A DNA stretch of 64,000 nucleotides from Lytechinus pictus (lineage: Eukaryota): positions 27,218,001-27,282,000 of the forward strand of contig NC_087251.1 of assembly GCF_037042905.1 (NCBI RefSeq), in the 5' to 3' direction. Positions 26,829-38,600 of the stretch are shown here, piece after piece; positions within the stretch are counted from its first letter, which is position 1; each line of letters starts with the position of its first letter. The notes below the pieces were generated by a model. That model searched no databases. It saw only the letters and a program-made list of their open reading frames with translations, and was not told where the DNA came from. Made by a program: the position numbers and the translations under genes.

Positions 26829-28516
26829 TATGAATAAAATCGACAATAATGGAACATGAATGGAAGAAGATGACGGGAAGGGGGAAAGAAACAATAAGAG
26901 AAAGGGAAAGAGGGGGATGAGTGGAAGATACGCCGAGGGGAGAGAGGGGAAAAGAGGGTTTCGTGTTTTTTAGGCTTTTCAGGGATTAATTGTGTCCAAA
27001 TTAACCAAAATTTTATCAAAATTTACATGATTGTAACTAAAGTAGATTTTTTCGCTCACTTGCTATGCTTGCTCGTGAAATTGCAAATAGAAATTGACGG
27101 TAAGTAAATTGAAAAACAATTTAAAGAATAATTATTTTCCCTAACAAATCATATACAAAGCACAAAAAAATATATAGAAGAATCATGGCAACTCATAATA
27201 ATTTAAGGATAGGCTTTTTTCTTAAGAAACAAAAGAACCCTTTTCGTTGGGCTCCCTATTACTTATTCCTTAAACTGTTGTTATGACGTTCATACATTTC
27301 TTACCGTTTGCACACCACTGAGGCCTCCATACACCATTCAACATAATGGGAGATACACCGACAATTCCCCAATCGATAATCTGATCTATGAATAAGAAGA
27401 GAGGTAGAATAAAGGAAAACTTTAAATAACAAATGGACTTATATTGATTAGAGTTCGTCCGCCCCTTCTTAGATTATCTTTTTTACAATCAATAATATTT
27501 TCTGGTGATTTCAAATATAATCACGTAGTTCGTAGACCCGATTCGCTTCTGGCAAGGTGCAGTTTGTTTGTTTTTTTATCAGATGAATCGCATTCAACCT
27601 TCTTTCAATTTGTATAATTTTTAGAGGAATTGAGGAAGATTTCACAGGAAGACGACAAGATGATTTGAACAGTTTTGATGAACAGTGAGATCGCGTCGGG
27701 CATATTTTATATTACGTGAGTACATTCAGTTTGCACCCCCTTGATAATGTTCGTAAAGAAGTATATTATTATGGATGACTTTCCAATATTTATTTTTGTG
27801 GGCGGGGGGGGGGTCAAATAATTCGAATCAAGCAAATTCAAGTCTTCCCTCTAGCTCTCATGTCCTATGTATTTAGAAATAGTAAATTATTTTCTCAACA
27901 TTTTCCAAATGAACAAAATATTCCATTTGGATTCCCCGTAATACAGTGCGTCCCACAAAAAACTAAACCGAGATTTATCGATGATTTGTTATAACTAAAT
28001 CACAAATACAAGAGACAAATGACCTACCATTGTAAAGCTTAGAATCTCCTCTTTCATCTGAAATTACTTAGATTATTTCTCATTCACGCATGAGTGAGCA
28101 AAAACAATTTGAAGAGGGGATACCAAAAAGTCATTTGGCGGGCTGTATCTGGGTTTCAAAACAAATTCACATTTTTAAAAAGTTCAATATCTGCTCTTTA
28201 ATTTGATACCTCAATTACAGAAAATGGTCAAGAAATAACAAAGTTCTGGTTATTTGAAATAAGGCTTGAATTTCAATAATTTTATAAAATGAAGAGGTTT
28301 TACAAGCTAGCGTTCCAACTCACTCGACACTCCGTTTTGTTGACGATCAGCCATGATTAAGTCTTTTGTTAACCGTGCGATAGCTTCTGTGGGAAACCGG
28401 TTTTTGTGATTAAGGTATCAAATAAAAGAGCAGATATTGAACTTTTTAGGCATGTGATTTTCTTTATGAAATTCAGATCCCCGCCAGATGAGTTTTTGGT
28501 ATCCTTTCTTCAAATT

Positions 28517-31365
28517 TTGATTTTGATTTTCTAGATAAAAAACAAAAAATGTCTACTATTGGTGTCATATATAGAAAACCGGGATCAAATTATGATTTAT
28601 TTTTTGAATTTTACGATAGTGTTATTAACAAATTATGCACTGAACATAGAAAAATTTATATAACTGGTGATTTTAATATTGACTTATTCAAAGATGATGA
28701 TACTGTTAACGAATTCCTCCGACTGAATTCTGTACTAGGTATATTCCCAATTATAAAAACTCCAACTCGTATTACACTAAACACAGCTACACTTATTGAT
28801 AATATATTCACCAATGTTTTGGATTCATATTTTGACTCTGGCAGTCTATGTTCAGACATAAGTGATCATTTACCAATTTTTCTGATCTCCAAATGTTCTA
28901 GTGCTAATTCCCATCAACCTAATACAACTCGCTTTACTCGTAAATACTCAGATGATAATATAAGAAATTTTCAGTATGACCTTTACCAGGAAAAATGGAA
29001 TAGTCTTTATAATATTACAAATGTTAATGATGCATACTCGTTTTTTATAACTCGTTTTATCCAATTGTTTGATAAAAACTTTCCTTTGCTCAAATCTAAA
29101 CCTACCAAAAGGATGTTCAATAAACCATGGATATCAAAGTATTTATTCAGATGCATTAAAAAGAAAAATCGTTACTATAAAAAATTTCTCCAAAATAATT
29201 CATTAGATAATGAAAGGAAATACAAAAAATATAGAAATAAATTGAATACTATGTTAAAGCATGCAAAAAAGATATATTTTTCTAATAAATTAAAGCAATA
29301 CAAAGACAATTCAAAACAGACCTGGTCAGTTATAAACTCACTATTAAACAAACCTAAAACGTCTTTACCTGAATTCTTTTTTAGTGGGAGTGAAAAGGTT
29401 TGTGACCCACAACACATAGCGACTGAATTTAATCAACATTTTATAAACTCCTCCAGACGGATAACCACATCTATAATTAATTCTCATAATGACACTTCTT
29501 ATAAAGATTTTCTCATTGATCATATTGACAAATCCTTTTTCTTAAATCCTATAACAGAAAATGAGGTAATTCAAATATGTAATTCATTAAGTAGTAGCAA
29601 TTCCACTGGATTTGATAATCTCAGTACTAATTTATTGAAAAAAATTATTTTCTATATTGTACAGCCATTGGTATTCATATTTAATCTTTCTCTCTCTACA
29701 GGATCGGTCCCTGATAAGTTGAAAATAGCTAAGATAACTACAGTATTTAAAAAAGAAGACCCTCATAAATTTGATAATTATAGGCCTATATCTATTCTAC
29801 CGTCTATTTCTAAGTTGCTTGAAAAGTGTATTTATAATAGACTGTATTCATTTTGTTTAAACAATAAAATTCTCACAGATTCACAATACGGGTTTAGAAA
29901 AAATCACTCTACTGCACACGCTTTGATAGAATTACAAGATAAAGTTTTGACATCCATTCATACTAATAAATTTTGCATAGGAATTTTCATGGACCTTTCT
30001 AAAGCTTTTGACGTTGTCGATCACAAAATACTTCTTTTTAAATTAGAACACTATGGGGTTAGGGGCTTGCCACTTTCTTGGTTCAAAAGTTATCTTTCTG
30101 ATAGATCCCAATATGTTGTTTTTAATAATAGCTCATCAGACTTTTCCAGTATCACCCATGGTGTACCGCAAGGTTCTATTCTCGGCCCGCTATTGTTTTT
30201 AATTTACATTAACGATCTCATATATTCCTCAAATAAATTTGAATATATTATGTATGCCGATGATACTACTTTAATATACAACCAACCTGATAATCTTAAT
30301 ATACAAAATGATATCAATGTTGAATTAGATAAAGTTACAAAATGGTTCAAATCAAACAGGTTGTTAATAAATCCTAGTAAAACTAATTATATTACTTTTT
30401 TCCATAGGCAGTCTTGCATTTCTAATTTACTTAATGATTTATTGCTTGAAATAGACAAAGTTCCAATTAAAAATGTAAATAGTGTTAATTTTCTAGGTGT
30501 TTATATAGACTATAATATGCAATGGGACACTCATGTTCAAAAAGTCACCCAAAAAGTATCTAAATGTGTTGGTATTCTATATAGGTTAAAAGACTCCCTT
30601 CCAACTTCTGCATTATTGCTATTATACAATTCTTTCATGTTGTCATATCTTAATTATTGTGTTGTTGTTTGGGGCAATTGCAGTCGCACGAAATTAGAAA
30701 AATTATTTAAATTGCAGAAAAAAGCCCTTCGTATATGTATGGGATGTCATTATCAAGCCCATTCTGCCCCACTCTTTCGGAAAATAAAGTCTCTTAATAT
30801 TTATGATTTGTATTATTTTTCTATTGCATTAATTGGTTTCTTTTATTTCCAGAATAAACTACCTCTTAATATCCATAAAATGTTTACCCTTAATCACCGG
30901 ATACATAATCACAATACTCGTTTTAAAGATTCATTTCACCTATGGCCAGTTAAAACAAATAACGTAATGAAATGTGTAAGACATAATTTCCCTGTAATTT
31001 GGAACTCCACCCCTAGAGATGTAATTGAAAGCAAGTCTGTTATAGGTCATTCAAAAAAAGATTGAAGCAGTTCCTATATCTTAAATATGTATAGTTATTT
31101 TTGTCTTGTAGATTGACACCTTTTTATTGTTTGTTTTTCTTGTTTATACATCATGTTTAATTCTTTATCTTATTGTTTCTCTATACCATGTCATGTTATT
31201 AATGTTTTGGGAACTGCGCTTACACAAGGCCACTTGGCTTTATTTATGCAGTTCCCCATTTCATTTTCATTTTTACTCTTGCTTGTAAATATATTGTTTC
31301 TCATACCTTGCTTTATAATTGTTTTTATCGAGAATGAAATAAATGCAAATTGAATTGAATTGAAA
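28517..31365 (+). mobile_element. 5'-truncated CR1/L2-group non-LTR retrotransposon
   Basis: Begins in frame inside the APE endonuclease domain and ends AATAAATGCAA(ATTGA)3A. AAATT is duplicated at 28512-28516 and 31366-31370. Confidence 0.9.
28549..31065 (+). CDS. LINE ORF2 (partial apurinic endonuclease + reverse transcriptase)
   Basis: Endonuclease motifs IYRKP, GDFNID, TLIDNIF and SDHLP. RT motifs YRPISIL, QYGFR, DLSKAFD, GVPQGSILGPLLFLIYIND, YADD and FLGV. Probable frameshift in the last ~10 codons (the alternative frame reads SFKKRLKQFL). Confidence 0.93.
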   Translation: MSTIGVIYRKPGSNYDLFFEFYDSVINKLCTEHRKIYITGDFNIDLFKDDDTVNEFLRLNSVLGIFPIIKTPTRITLNTATLIDNIFTNVLDSYFDSGSLCSDISDHLPIFLISKCSSANSHQPNTTRFTRKYSDDNIRNFQYDLYQEKWNSLYNITNVNDAYSFFITRFIQLFDKNFPLLKSKPTKRMFNKPWISKYLFRCIKKKNRYYKKFLQNNSLDNERKYKKYRNKLNTMLKHAKKIYFSNKLKQYKDNSKQTWSVINSLLNKPKTSLPEFFFSGSEKVCDPQHIATEFNQHFINSSRRITTSIINSHNDTSYKDFLIDHIDKSFFLNPITENEVIQICNSLSSSNSTGFDNLSTNLLKKIIFYIVQPLVFIFNLSLSTGSVPDKLKIAKITTVFKKEDPHKFDNYRPISILPSISKLLEKCIYNRLYSFCLNNKILTDSQYGFRKNHSTAHALIELQDKVLTSIHTNKFCIGIFMDLSKAFDVVDHKILLFKLEHYGVRGLPLSWFKSYLSDRSQYVVFNNSSSDFSSITHGVPQGSILGPLLFLIYINDLIYSSNKFEYIMYADDTTLIYNQPDNLNIQNDINVELDKVTKWFKSNRLLINPSKTNYITFFHRQSCISNLLNDLLLEIDKVPIKNVNSVNFLGVYIDYNMQWDTHVQKVTQKVSKCVGILYRLKDSLPTSALLLLYNSFMLSYLNYCVVVWGNCSRTKLEKLFKLQKKALRICMGCHYQAHSAPLFRKIKSLNIYDLYYFSIALIGFFYFQNKLPLNIHKMFTLNHRIHNHNTRFKDSFHLWPVKTNNVMKCVRHNFPVIWNSTPRDVIESKSVIGHSKKD

Positions 31366-32709
31366 AAATTGTTTTTGCTCACTCATGCGTGAATGAGGAA
31401 TAATCTAAGTAATATAAGATAAAAGAGGAGATTCTAAGCTTTACATTGATAGGTCATTTGTCTATTGTATTTATGATTATGTTATGATAAATCATCGCTA
31501 AATCTCGGTTTCATTTTTTGTGGGACGCACTGTATAAAATCTAATTTCACATCCGTCTGACGACTTGTCTGGTATTTTGCCATTCGTACAATAAACAATT
31601 GTCAGTGCCATGATAGGCAACCATGTAAATTACTATCTAATTAACCTACTATTACAGATGAATCACTCAAATAGCAAACGGCCATGAAAACAAATTAACT
31701 TCCTATATCAATAAAAGGAACAACCTATAAGCACTATTCACAAACAATTATGTTTGGACGATCCCATGGGGTAACTATTGTTGACGCAATGGGTACGAGA
31801 AAATTAAATGACATTTTCATTTATGCCAAACATTGTGAGTCCTTTAGAATCGTCGTGTCAAAATTAATGAAAATAATGGAGAATGTAAAGAGGTTGCAAT
31901 TTAAAGAAATAACAGGGAAGATGATGGGGAGGATAGAAAAAGAAAAATTGAGGGAGAGTGTTTTTTTTTAGAGATATAAATATATGTAACGAGAGAAATG
32001 AGAGGGAGGGAGAGAGGGGTGGGAGAGAGAGGGGGATGGGGGAGGAGGAGAGACCATGAGGAGGGGATGGGAGTCAGAGACTGAGAAGAAAATCTGACAT
32101 AAGCCTATTTTTATTAAGAGGGTAATAAAAGAGCATCATCATAAAAATGGGATGGTTTTACCATGCTCAAGAGATGAATTTCAGGAAATACTAGACCTCA
32201 TCAAACAAACCATTATGCATATTGTAATATAGTTATTGTCACGATGTGTAACTTACGATAAATTTGGGACCAAAAATGGCGCCACATCACTCTTACAACA
32301 GCTTCTCACATCGATTGATGAACGAACCACAAAACACGAACAGCAAATAGAATGATGTGAACGGGTCTGCTCAGATAACTGATGTGGTATGTCAAAAATG
32401 TCATGCGTGTCACATCGGCTTTAGATGTCAAGTTGTTGAAGGCATTCCTACCATGCGTTCTAGTAATGAGAACTAGAATTAATTAACACAGTTCCTAGTT
32501 TATTGCCCTGTCATACCTATCCCATGAGGTGGAAATATAAAAAAATATAAAAAATACGAGTATGACTATCTGTAACTGGATAATATTTCTTTTCGCAAGT
32601 TCCGATAGTTTACTGATAATAATTACAATGAAACTAAAGAACTAAAAATCCAACTTCATAACCCGCAATGTGATTGTATTTTAGCTATCCCAAACTACCA
32701 TATTAAATT

Positions 32710-33330
32710 CATCATTAGCCATCGTCGTCGTCATCATGCATCAGAATTTGATTATCATTATCAACAGCGACGGCAACATCGTCGTTGTCGTCACCATCAT
32801 TATCTTCATCATCATACTCCCCTCGCTACTCCTCCTACGTTTATCTTCTTCTTCTTTTTTTTTTCTCTTTTGCTCCTTCTCCTCCTACTTCTTTTTTTTT
32901 CTTCTTCTTCTTCTCCTCCTCCTCCTTTTTTTCTTCTTCTTATTCACCAGCTTATTTCCGTTCTTCTTTTTCGTCTTCTTTTTTTCTTTTCCATTTTCCA
33001 CCTCTTCTGTTCAATGCCACTATCGTCTCCATTATCACCATCACGATCAACTTATCCACCATCATCATTAACATCAACATCTTCATCATTATCATTGTCA
33101 AGTTCTTTGTCATCTTCTTCATCATCATCATCATTATTATTATTATCAATATCTTTATCAACCATCTTCATCATCATCGTCGTCGTCACCATCATCATCT
33201 TCACCATCGTCATCATCATCATCATTGTCATCATCATCTTCATCATCATCATCATCATCCTCATCATCCTCATTATCATCATCATCATCATCCGTTCCTC
33301 CTCCTTTCCCGCCATCGTCACTACAGTCAT
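32710..33330. repeat. Compound (CAT)n/(TTC)n low-complexity microsatellite
   Basis: Long degenerate trinucleotide runs; all overlapping ORFs are homopolymeric. Confidence 0.92.
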
Positions 33331-33655
33331 CCTTACTGTACATTATATAAATATTTTACTGCTACCTAGAACAGACTTATATAGAAGGAAGATGCTCATG
33401 ATGAAGTCGTTATCATGGTATATCGGCTAGGCAATGAAGCTCTCTTCAGGCTACCGATGATAGTAGTAGTGACAATTATGATGAAACCAATAATTATCTC
33501 CCGCGTTTCAACTATGCCAGCGATTTCCTGCTCATACATGGTGCGTTAAAGACTCGATGGACAGGGGTGTCCGTAAATAGGCACAGTAATGGAAATCATA
33601 TAATGATTTAATGTGTGGAGTCTGCTCAGGCAAAGAATGTTCTGGCACCATTTAA

Positions 33656-34256
33656 AGGACAAGTCCACCCCAACAGAAAGTTGTGTTGAATAAAAAGTGA
33701 AAAATCCAATAAGCATAACACTGAAAATTTCATCAAAATCGAATGAAAAATAAGAAAGTTATGACATTTTTAAATTTCGCTTTATTTCACAAAACAGTTA
33801 AATGCTCATTCTGGTCGGTATGCAAATGAGGGGACTGATGACGTCACCCACTCACTATTTCTGTAGTATTTTACTATATGAAATATTCTGATTTGCTCAT
33901 GAATGTCCTGTGAAACAAAGTTTTCTCCTCACTGAACATGTGGAATGACCACTGTTTTAAAATGTTATGGTTCAATCAAATCGGTCCTTATTGTCAAATC
34001 TTTAAAAAAATGAAATATTGTATAATGCAAACAATAAAAAAATAAAAAAATAAATAGTGAGTGAGGGACATCATCGACTCTCTCATTTGCATATCACTGA
34101 GTTGTGCATATAACTGTTTTGTGAAAACTAAGCGAAACTTTAAAATATCATAACTTTATTATTTTACATCCGATTTCGATGAAATTATCAGCAATGTGCT
34201 TGTTTGATTTTTCTCTATTGATTCAAATCAAAAATTTTCTGGGATGGACTTGACCT
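33656..34256. mobile_element. 601-bp palindromic MITE with TTAA TSD and AGG...CCT ends (Kolobok-type)
   Basis: TTAA|AGGACAAGTCCACCCC ... GGGATGGACTTGACCT|TTAA, with long internal inverted symmetry. Sister copy at 14244-14745. Confidence 0.85.
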
Positions 34257-35697
34257 TTAAAAAATGCAGCTTCTGGGTGCCTCCTGTAAATCAGGTGCAC
34301 GGGTTGAATATACATATATAGGCCTTTAATGGCAAATTCACCATGATCACTTTAATCTTGAAGGGTCGCCTGTATCAGACGACTGGTATATCAATAAGTA
34401 AAGAAGTGAATAAAAGGATGTAAGAATGAATCATGAAAAAAAAAACAAGATCGAAAAAAGAGAAAGAGAGAGAGAGAGAGAAGGAGGAATGACGATGGGA
34501 ATGAGTGGGAGATCTCGTCCTTTACTTCTACTATACTTTTACTTTATTTCTGGACAAAATGTAGATCTGGACAAGAAGCCATTTATAATAATTTTGCAAA
34601 TTAATGTTACTTACAAGTAATGTTTGACAACATCAGAGAAAAAGAATAATCACAATTTTCCGTGCTATCATATGCATAAATTTTTAGGAACAAAACCTGC
34701 GAGAGAAAGTTTAATTAAAAGTGTCCGGACACCCCACCTCCATGCTAACATACCAATCTAGTATACTTCTATAGACCGACTACTTTTTATTTTAATGATA
34801 CTACAAAGTACTGCTACTATAAAATTAACATTATCTCCACCAGCGTAATGACAAGTATCATAATCCCTCCAAGCTTGTATGCAATATGTCAATTTCCAAA
34901 AATGTTTTCAAATAATTATATAATCATCATTGAATCCCTATCCTCAGTGTGTGCAACGAAAACGATTTTGAAAAACATGTCTAGTTTGATATACAATAAC
35001 ACGAAGATATTATTCTCGATATTTTTTCTGTTCTGGTTTTATTTCCTCAGAAAACGAATCCTGGTATTAGCAATCGTTGATATAAACAGAATTAAAAGAT
35101 TAATCAAGTATTTCCGATAGGGGATCAGACAAAATCTGCATGGATTATTGTGTCTCGGTTTTCCTTTTTAGTTGCTGAAATTACTCTTTTCTGTTTATTC
35201 AAACCCACAAGTTCATGTTTGGAAGTAATTGATTGGATATTTCATCAATACAAAAATCCAAGCTTTATGACCATCATGCTCGAATATCATGAGTGTATTA
35301 GTTCTCGGTGATGGATCAGTGACTGATCAGGGGAAATGGGTCTAGAAATCTATCAGGGGTGCGAAAAATAAGGAAAAAAGGGGGCTCCTCTACTACCTAA
35401 ATATAAAAAAATAAGTATAATGGTGCTTATGTATTTCTCGGTGTTTTTGACAAAGGTAGACAAAAGGATCATGTTTGTGATAGCGAAGACGATTACAATG
35501 ATGATGGTGACGACGGCGGCGACGACGATGATGATGTGAATTACGACTCCTGGTGGCGAAAGAAATTGAAATGTGAAGATTGCAAGCATAACACTCGATT
35601 ATAATAACGACTATTTGCAAAGCGAAATGCTATATATAATCTAAACAATTTCTTCACAGACTTACATCCAGTCTTTTCCTCGAGAAACTCTCCAGCC

Positions 35698-38600
35698 ATG
35701 GCGGCATCACAGTACGACAAGCTGCGGGAGAAAAACAAAAAGTACCCTAACATCGACAACCATTACAAATACAACCGATTGGTGATGGAGGATACGTGTG
35801 CAGCTTTGTATGGCATCATCCTGCAAGATATAAGGATGGGAAAAGCTGAACTCCTCAAGGAAGCCAAGTTCATCCAGGGACGTCTGTATGAGACACTCAC
35901 CTACATCCTTGAGAGACAAGGAAAGACTCTAGACCAGGTATGGGATAGGTTGCCGTATTGGGGCGAGTATAATTAATATAAAGATAAAGAAATGCGGGCA
36001 CTGCATAGAAACACAATAACCCATTTACCAAATGATTTTTTAAATTTATTTTTATTTATACCCATTTTCTTTTTATCATATGTTTCTCCTGTAGTGCTAG
36101 TCCTGTGATCAGGGTACTTGTGATGACAACTGGTTTAAAATATTAGAACCATCACCAATTCTAATCCAGTTCGGTTATATTGATATTTGAAATAATTTCG
36201 GTCAAATACTCAGTATTGAAACTGAATAACCTTTCTTCACATTTCTTGACCAGGTCATGATGGAGTTCGAACATTCGAAGATGAAGTACCTTCGAAGTCG
36301 TACCATCGTTCAACCTCGTATTGATATGGTGCTTGCCCAACAAGAACCACAGCAACAGCTCATAACAGCAATAATGATCAGAAAACGAACAGCGGGCTAC
36401 GAACCTGATGTGCGCAGTGTTCGCTCGGACATGGCTAGGTATTCTTTTATTTTTATTTTTTTTGCGAAGTTTAAGGGGGAGATGGATGGGGTGCACCGTG
36501 AGAGCCCTTCAGATTCGTTCAATATGCTACACAATATGTCTTTGTTTTAATACATTTAGTTTCTTGATTTATGTTTGTTTCATTAGTGATAAACCTGTAA
36601 TATGAGAGTTTTTAATTCAATAATTTGGTTAATTGAATTATTGAAACAGGTTAGCCTACCTCATCCTGGAGAAGGTCTTCCGCTTCGCCTTTTACATCTG
36701 GATCGGAACGCTGGAAGAGCTCCGGCACCAAGAGATGACACACAGCCTGACCACGCTATGCGAGGCCGAGGGCGAGATCAAGAACCATCTCGTCCTCCGT
36801 AAGCACACCCTGGTCATGCCGAGGATCGGTAAACCCATCCCGTCAACGTTCATGACGACGCTCTTGGTTAATAAGATCTCTCCTGATTTCTGCGTGCGGC
36901 TCTATAGGGTGGAACCGGAGTCCTCCATGTGGGATGATAGGGAGGATGACGTCACAAGGTGATTTTTTAGTTTTTTATTTGTTTGTTATAGGTGCTTGGA
37001 TAAAAGACAAGTTTATGCAAGTGATACATCTTAGTGTTGGTTCCAACAAGACAGGTGATTCTCCGACAGAGAAAATAAAATGGATAACAATAGGCCTCCT
37101 TATATAGTATTCAATGATCACATGTCAATTGTTGCCATGGCAGGCAATGTCATTCTATATTCTAATCGTATACTTACCGGCAAAATAGCGCATTCCGATT
37201 CCAGTTGTTTAGTTGTACTATTATGCAATGTCTTGTTGTTCCCGGGAGGGAAACTAGTAGGAGAAATCAAGTCTACATGTATTGTCAGAAATAGATATTT
37301 CTGTGTCTAAAGAGTATACGGTATAATTTAGTTGGATATGCCTACTCGGTCTACTTAATTTGCAAATGTTACAGAAACATTTTATCGAATGGCGAGTATC
37401 ACGATATTGCAATACCCTTACAGTACATGATCTTGTAAATATATTACAGTACTGTAATTGATTTTGATGCTATTCTTTAAAAAGATATTGATTTGATTTA
37501 GCCTACGCGTTGGTATGATGTAAAATCTTGTTTATCACAACATTTCTATTATTTTATGTTCCACATTCTTTCTTCAACAGGTTACATGATTTTTATAGCA
37601 GTAATTCTCAGCTCAATACAGGCTATGGTATGTGGGGTATTAGTGGTCAGATAAGTAACGTTAGGAACCAAGTCAAGAAAGTTCGTGACTATGTCGAGGT
37701 AAGATTGCAACTTCACTTAATTTACAAATAAATATCAAGGCACATCATGTACCCCTCATTTTATATTTATTAAGACAGAAAAAAATTGCTGGAAACATAT
37801 TTATTTTAAGAAATTAAGGTAAAAACAATAATTAGATGGTTTTTTCAGCCGCCCCCTTGTGTATGCACCAAAATAGAGCAGCCTAAATAAGACTTTCTAT
37901 TTCATAAAAGAAAAAGAAAAAACCCTTTATATTTCGCATTGCTAATAAATGGTAGTCACTGATGATTGACTGAAGCAAATTAATGTGAGTTCTCTCATAA
38001 AATATTGAGTTATCGACAAATATGTTTGCAAATGTTCTGCCACCAACAATTACGTTATGGGGTGTCTTGATAATAATAATGATAACAATAATAATTATAG
38101 CCAATTTTCATATAGCGCCTTTCCCAGAATGGCTCAAAGTGCTTTACAGCATATATATTATTACCACGGTCATTGGATTCATTTCAATCCCGCACGAAAA
38201 GTGCACAATTGTGTCTTAGCAACGAAACGCAAACATTTTCTGTTGAACCGTAATGGTATTGGGCTACTCTTGTTTTATGCATTCCCTTTAAAGAATACAT
38301 GGGCCCGTTTTATAATGAGTTGCGACGAATGTAACTTAGCAGTCATGTTAACTAGCAAGGTAACAAGGCTCAGCAGCCAATTGCAATCAAGGTTTCCATG
38401 GTAGTTACATTAAAGGCATCTTTACCATTGTAAGTCTCGGTGAAATGGGCGCCGGTTCCCATCGAAGAAATAATTGATTTCCGGGGGGTGAAGGTGGAGA
38501 AAGGGGGTAGTAGGTGGGGAAATTATTTAGACAAAAGTTAGGAATATTTAGACGGAGGTGGGAGATGCCCATTATTCTATGAAAAACAAACAAACCCCAA

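Larger units (their letters stand above)
27944..31532. mobile_element. Tc1/mariner-type MITE split by a LINE insertion (arms 27944-28516 and 31366-31532)
   Basis: TA|CAGTGCGTCCCACAAAAAA...AAACCGAGATTTA and TAAATCTCGGTTT...TTTTTTGTGGGACGCACTG|TA. The right arm resumes exactly after the LINE tail. Confidence 0.85.

Noticed and set aside
32736-33430. ORFs up to 194 aa rich in His/Ser/Ile/Met/Asp
   Set aside because: Translations of a (CAT)n/(TTC)n microsatellite, open in many frames on both strands.
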